Origin: Octopus sinensis
Taxonomy: Eukaryota
Direction: 5' to 3'
Assembly (NCBI RefSeq): GCF_006345805.1
Contig: NC_043006.1
Location: 68,262,001-68,326,000 of the forward strand
DNA length: 64,000 nt
Each line of letters starts with the position of its first letter. Position 1 is the stretch's first letter. The notes beneath the pieces are model-generated. The model ran no database searches and was not told the origin of the DNA. It was given only the letters and a program-made list of their open reading frames with translations. A program made the translations under genes and the position numbers. Positions 61,942 to 64,000 of the stretch are shown in pieces.

Positions 61942-63945
61942 CACGTAAAAGCACCCACTACACTCTCAGAGTAGTTGGCGTTAGGAAGGGCATCCAGCTG
62001 TAGAAACTCTGCCAGATCAGATTGGAGCAGCCATCTGGTTCACCAGTCCTCAGTCAAATCGTCCAACCCATGCTAGCATGGAAAACAGACATTAAATGAT
62101 GATGATGATGATGATATAAACAGGTTTACTGAGTCATATCTTTTATATCAAACATATTTGCTACAATAAATGCCAGACTGAAAAATGTAATCAAAGAATA
62201 CACACATAAGGCTATCTAGATAAGATATATGGAAGTATATCAGTGTATAAATGTGTTGTAAGGTGCTGCACTATTGTGCAGTACAGTGTGTCATAGTATA
62301 TATATATATAGTGTTAATGTGCCATTGTATACATAGTGCGCCATAGTATGTATGATGTGTCAATGTGACATAAGGCACACTGCTGTGTAATAAAGGGTAT
62401 CAATGACATGATACTGGGCAGCAGATAGAAATACTTACAGTTTATCTGGAGTGATGGAATTGAATTTGTTGATGGACTGCAACGGTGTGTTGAGATCTGA
62501 ACGTTCTTTAGCGGTGGCCATAAGATAGGAGGTACGTCTCTGTAACTTGACAGCATCTTGTTCCGGGGACAAATCTGCAGAATCATAAAACAGTTTATTG
62601 ACATTTTTGGAGGGGGTAAAAGTTAATGATTGATTGCTAGGGGTAAAGATTGAACGAGTGATTAGTTAATGGTTAATGATTGGTGGAACAAAGGTTATTA
62701 ATTTCTAGTTAAATAGCATAAGTAATTATCTGATACTTGTGTCCAAAACAGACATTAGTTATGAGGGGACAGTGCTCTTCACCTCCGCTGGCTGGTGAGA
62801 CTAATGTCAAGTGACATTTACCACGAAAGGCATCAAGCAAATTTTGGATATACAGAACTAGGATTTTGGTTCTGAATTCTACATTTATGTTAAGAAACAT
62901 GTCATCATTGAACTCCAAGTAATGTACCATGTTATAGGTGTTAAACTCCTGGTCAAGTACTATATTATTAACAGTGCAGTATGGATTAAGTACAATGCTA
63001 CCATGTCAGAGTACTAGGTTAGAGATGGTGAGTATTAGGTATGAATACCACAACTTCTACTTCACAGAGTCAATGGATACTTCCAATTATAGTAGAACAG
63101 GTATGAAATATGATACTTTTACGAATTAGAAAACATTTAGCAGATCAACATTAATGTAGAGTATTGTTTAGTCACAAGACATCTCTAATAAAAGAGGCCT
63201 ATGATCATGACATATGAAGGATGAAAGGCAAAGTTGGCCTCAGCAGGATTTGAACCAGGGACATGCCGTCTAGGTGAGCAAGGTAGGCAGTGCCTATCTT
63301 GGATAAAATAGATTGATAGCAACATTTTCCTCTCATGGCAAAATATGTACCTAATTCAATAAAATTATGAAGGTTACTCTGATTACTATGCAGAAAATGC
63401 AAAGTATTTTATTTTTTTGTAGATTAGGTAGGCATAATTCGCTTCTGCTTTTCAATCTCAGTATTTAAGCCACACAAGCTGCGTACACTCCTCCAACACA
63501 GTTTTCTTTACATGCTATAAATCTGCCTTCAACTCAGTCGCATGCCTATGTTTTGCTTATTTATTTTTGTGTTTTACTACACATAGCTCACCAACTGCCT
63601 ACCCTGAATAATTACTGATGGCACGCACCTAATTTGAACTCAGAATTTAGATACCAATACAGCCACTTTCTTCAGAGTTCTGATTCTGCTAATCTACCAC
63701 CATTGCAGCAACAATAATAATAATAAATCCTTACTTGCTTTAGGCTTGAAATTATGTGGGTGGGAGTTAGTTGATTACATTGACCCTAATGCTTAAGGAA
63801 GAGGGGAGAGAGAGAGAGAGATAAAGAGGACTCTCACCTTCAGTCTTCTTACGTAGAGTGACTTGGTCTGACTCAAAGGTGCTATGTGAGAAGAAACTCT
63901 CTTTGTTTTCTGCACAACTGGACATGTTGAGCAAAGTGCTGTCAG
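40830..63945 (-). CDS. ARHGAP21: Rho GTPase-activating protein 21/23-like (PH + RhoGAP), 3' part of a 14-exon model; 5' end outside the window
   Basis: 14 GT-AG exons join with consistent phases. PH domain ([40 protein letters not shown]) and RhoGAP domain ([13 protein letters not shown] arginine finger, [27 protein letters not shown]). An invertebrate gene would be co-orthologous to ARHGAP21 and ARHGAP23. Confidence 0.88.
44330..44456 (-). CDS. ARHGAP21: ARHGAP21/23-like exon (PDWFFSSWD...)
   Basis: ttttcag / gtaagt, 127 bp, phase 0 to 1. Confidence 0.85.
45471..45596 (-). CDS. ARHGAP21: RhoGAP exon ([14 protein letters not shown]...)
   Basis: tttcag / gtaagt, 126 bp. Confidence 0.9.
45846..46009 (-). 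CDS. ARHGAP21: RhoGAP exon ([10 protein letters not shown]...[13 protein letters not shown])
   Basis: ttacag / gtaagg, 164 bp, phase 1 to 0. Confidence 0.9.
46152..46460 (+). mobile_element. tRNA-derived SINE with conserved central domain (third family)
   Basis: ggaaggcacatggcttagtggttagg (A-box-like), gtttgattccc (B-box-like), gtgtccttgggcaaggcacttt. Confidence 0.7.
47263..47371 (-). CDS. ARHGAP21: RhoGAP exon ([26 protein letters not shown]...)
   Basis: ctacag / gtgagt, 109 bp. Confidence 0.9.
48229..48354 (-). CDS. ARHGAP21: RhoGAP exon with arginine finger (SIPFVIDLC...GVYRIPGN)
   Basis: ccctag / gtttgt, 126 bp. Confidence 0.9.
48508..48726. mobile_element. piggyBac-like MITE (further copies at 49537-49761 and partial ~31555-31717)
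   Basis: TTAA flanks, ccctt...aaagg termini and a shared internal sequence. Confidence 0.7.
48929..49068 (-). CDS. ARHGAP21: ARHGAP21/23-like exon (...[10 protein letters not shown]...SFGVHLELC)
   Basis: tttcag / gtgagt, 140 bp, phase 1 to 0. Confidence 0.88.
51588..51723 (-). CDS. ARHGAP21: ARHGAP21/23-like linker exon (ETTPTSVP...)
   Basis: tgacag / gtaagt, 136 bp, phase 0 to 1. Confidence 0.8.
52024..52253 (+). mobile_element. Full-length cephalopod tRNA-derived SINE with 13-bp TSD
   Basis: aagaagtcttaaa at 52011-52023 and 52254-52266; B-box-like gagttcaaatt; tail tgtctgtccttgtttgtcccctctatgtttagccccttgtgtgcagtaaagaaat. Confidence 0.88.
53425..53700 (-). mobile_element. RTE 3'-UTR-derived short repeat with (CAT)n tail
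   Basis: gcatgggttggacgg...ggatgcccttcctaa matches the reverse complement of the RTE tail at ~19600-19657. Further copies at ~39280, ~54110, ~56850, ~59130 and ~61940 (opposite strand). Confidence 0.75.
54825..55022 (-). CDS. ARHGAP21: PH-domain exon ([13 protein letters not shown]...MWSWIQAL)
   Basis: ctgcag / gtaagt, 198 bp. Confidence 0.9.
57016..57275 (+). repeat. ~62-bp minisatellite (about 4 copies) inside an RTE-tail repeat
   Basis: Unit gtgccaccgacacaggtgccagacgaggctggcagacggccacgctcggatggtgtttttat. Confidence 0.9.
57877..57969 (-). CDS. ARHGAP21: PH-domain exon ([21 protein letters not shown]...)
   Basis: ctacag / gtgagt, 93 bp. Confidence 0.88.
58183..58576 (-). mobile_element. 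Full-length cephalopod tRNA-derived SINE with internal (TA/CA)n and (AGAGTAAA)n tail
   Basis: Head, central domain and tail are all present. Related copies at ~53810-54095 and ~55985-56355. Confidence 0.85.
60250..60375 (-). CDS. ARHGAP21: Exon with PH-domain start (...[19 protein letters not shown])
   Basis: ttttag / gtcagt, 126 bp. Confidence 0.85.
61301..61379 (-). CDS. ARHGAP21: ARHGAP21/23-like exon (SLPIYDSS...[12 protein letters not shown])
   Basis: ttgcag / gtaagt, 79 bp; its phase 2 to 0 exactly bridges the neighbouring exons. Confidence 0.78.
61591..61739. repeat. Near-perfect ~150-bp palindrome (foldback MITE-like)
   Basis: gagaagaaaatggatgtaataa...gcctttaatttaattagataa is mirrored by ttatctaattaaattaaaggc...ttattacatccattttcttctc; TA-rich flanks. 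Confidence 0.9.
62439..62574 (-). CDS. ARHGAP21: ARHGAP21/23-like exon ([22 protein letters not shown]...)
   Basis: ctgcag / gtaagt, 136 bp, phase 1 to 2. Confidence 0.82.
63838..63945 (-). CDS. ARHGAP21: ARHGAP21/23-like exon ([10 protein letters not shown]...TLRKKTE)
   Basis: ttgcag / gtgaga, 108 bp, phase 1 to 1. Confidence 0.75.
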
Positions 63946-64000
63946 CTGCAATATAAATAACATTAATAATGATAACAATAACAACAATTACGCCAGTAAT

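Overview
AT-rich, microsatellite-rich animal genomic DNA. The SINE, LINE and MITE repertoire looks like an octopus (cephalopod) genome; this is inference from repeat families only. The right third (40830-63945, minus strand) holds the 3' 14 coding exons of an ARHGAP21/23-type PH+RhoGAP gene, whose start lies beyond the window. The left two thirds are a transposon graveyard: a hAT pseudogene, three Tc1/mariner elements, CR1-like and RTE LINE fragments, SINEs and MITEs. The standout feature is at 23428-30200: four head-to-tail copies of a ~1.72-kb element encoding only a Tx1/L1-type ORF1 (RRM-like region + CCHC knuckle + extra C-terminal domain), with no RT or endonuclease. Each copy is bounded by the same 19-bp target duplication, inside a ~750-bp host repeat whose next copy still carries the empty target (30898-30928). 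A second, diverged family member forms a tandem pair with its own target duplications at 8152-10750. Both share their 3' tail with a tRNA-type SINE at 52024-52253. Together this suggests a family of non-autonomous, site-specific, ORF1-only retroelements mobilised in trans. All alignments were done by eye.
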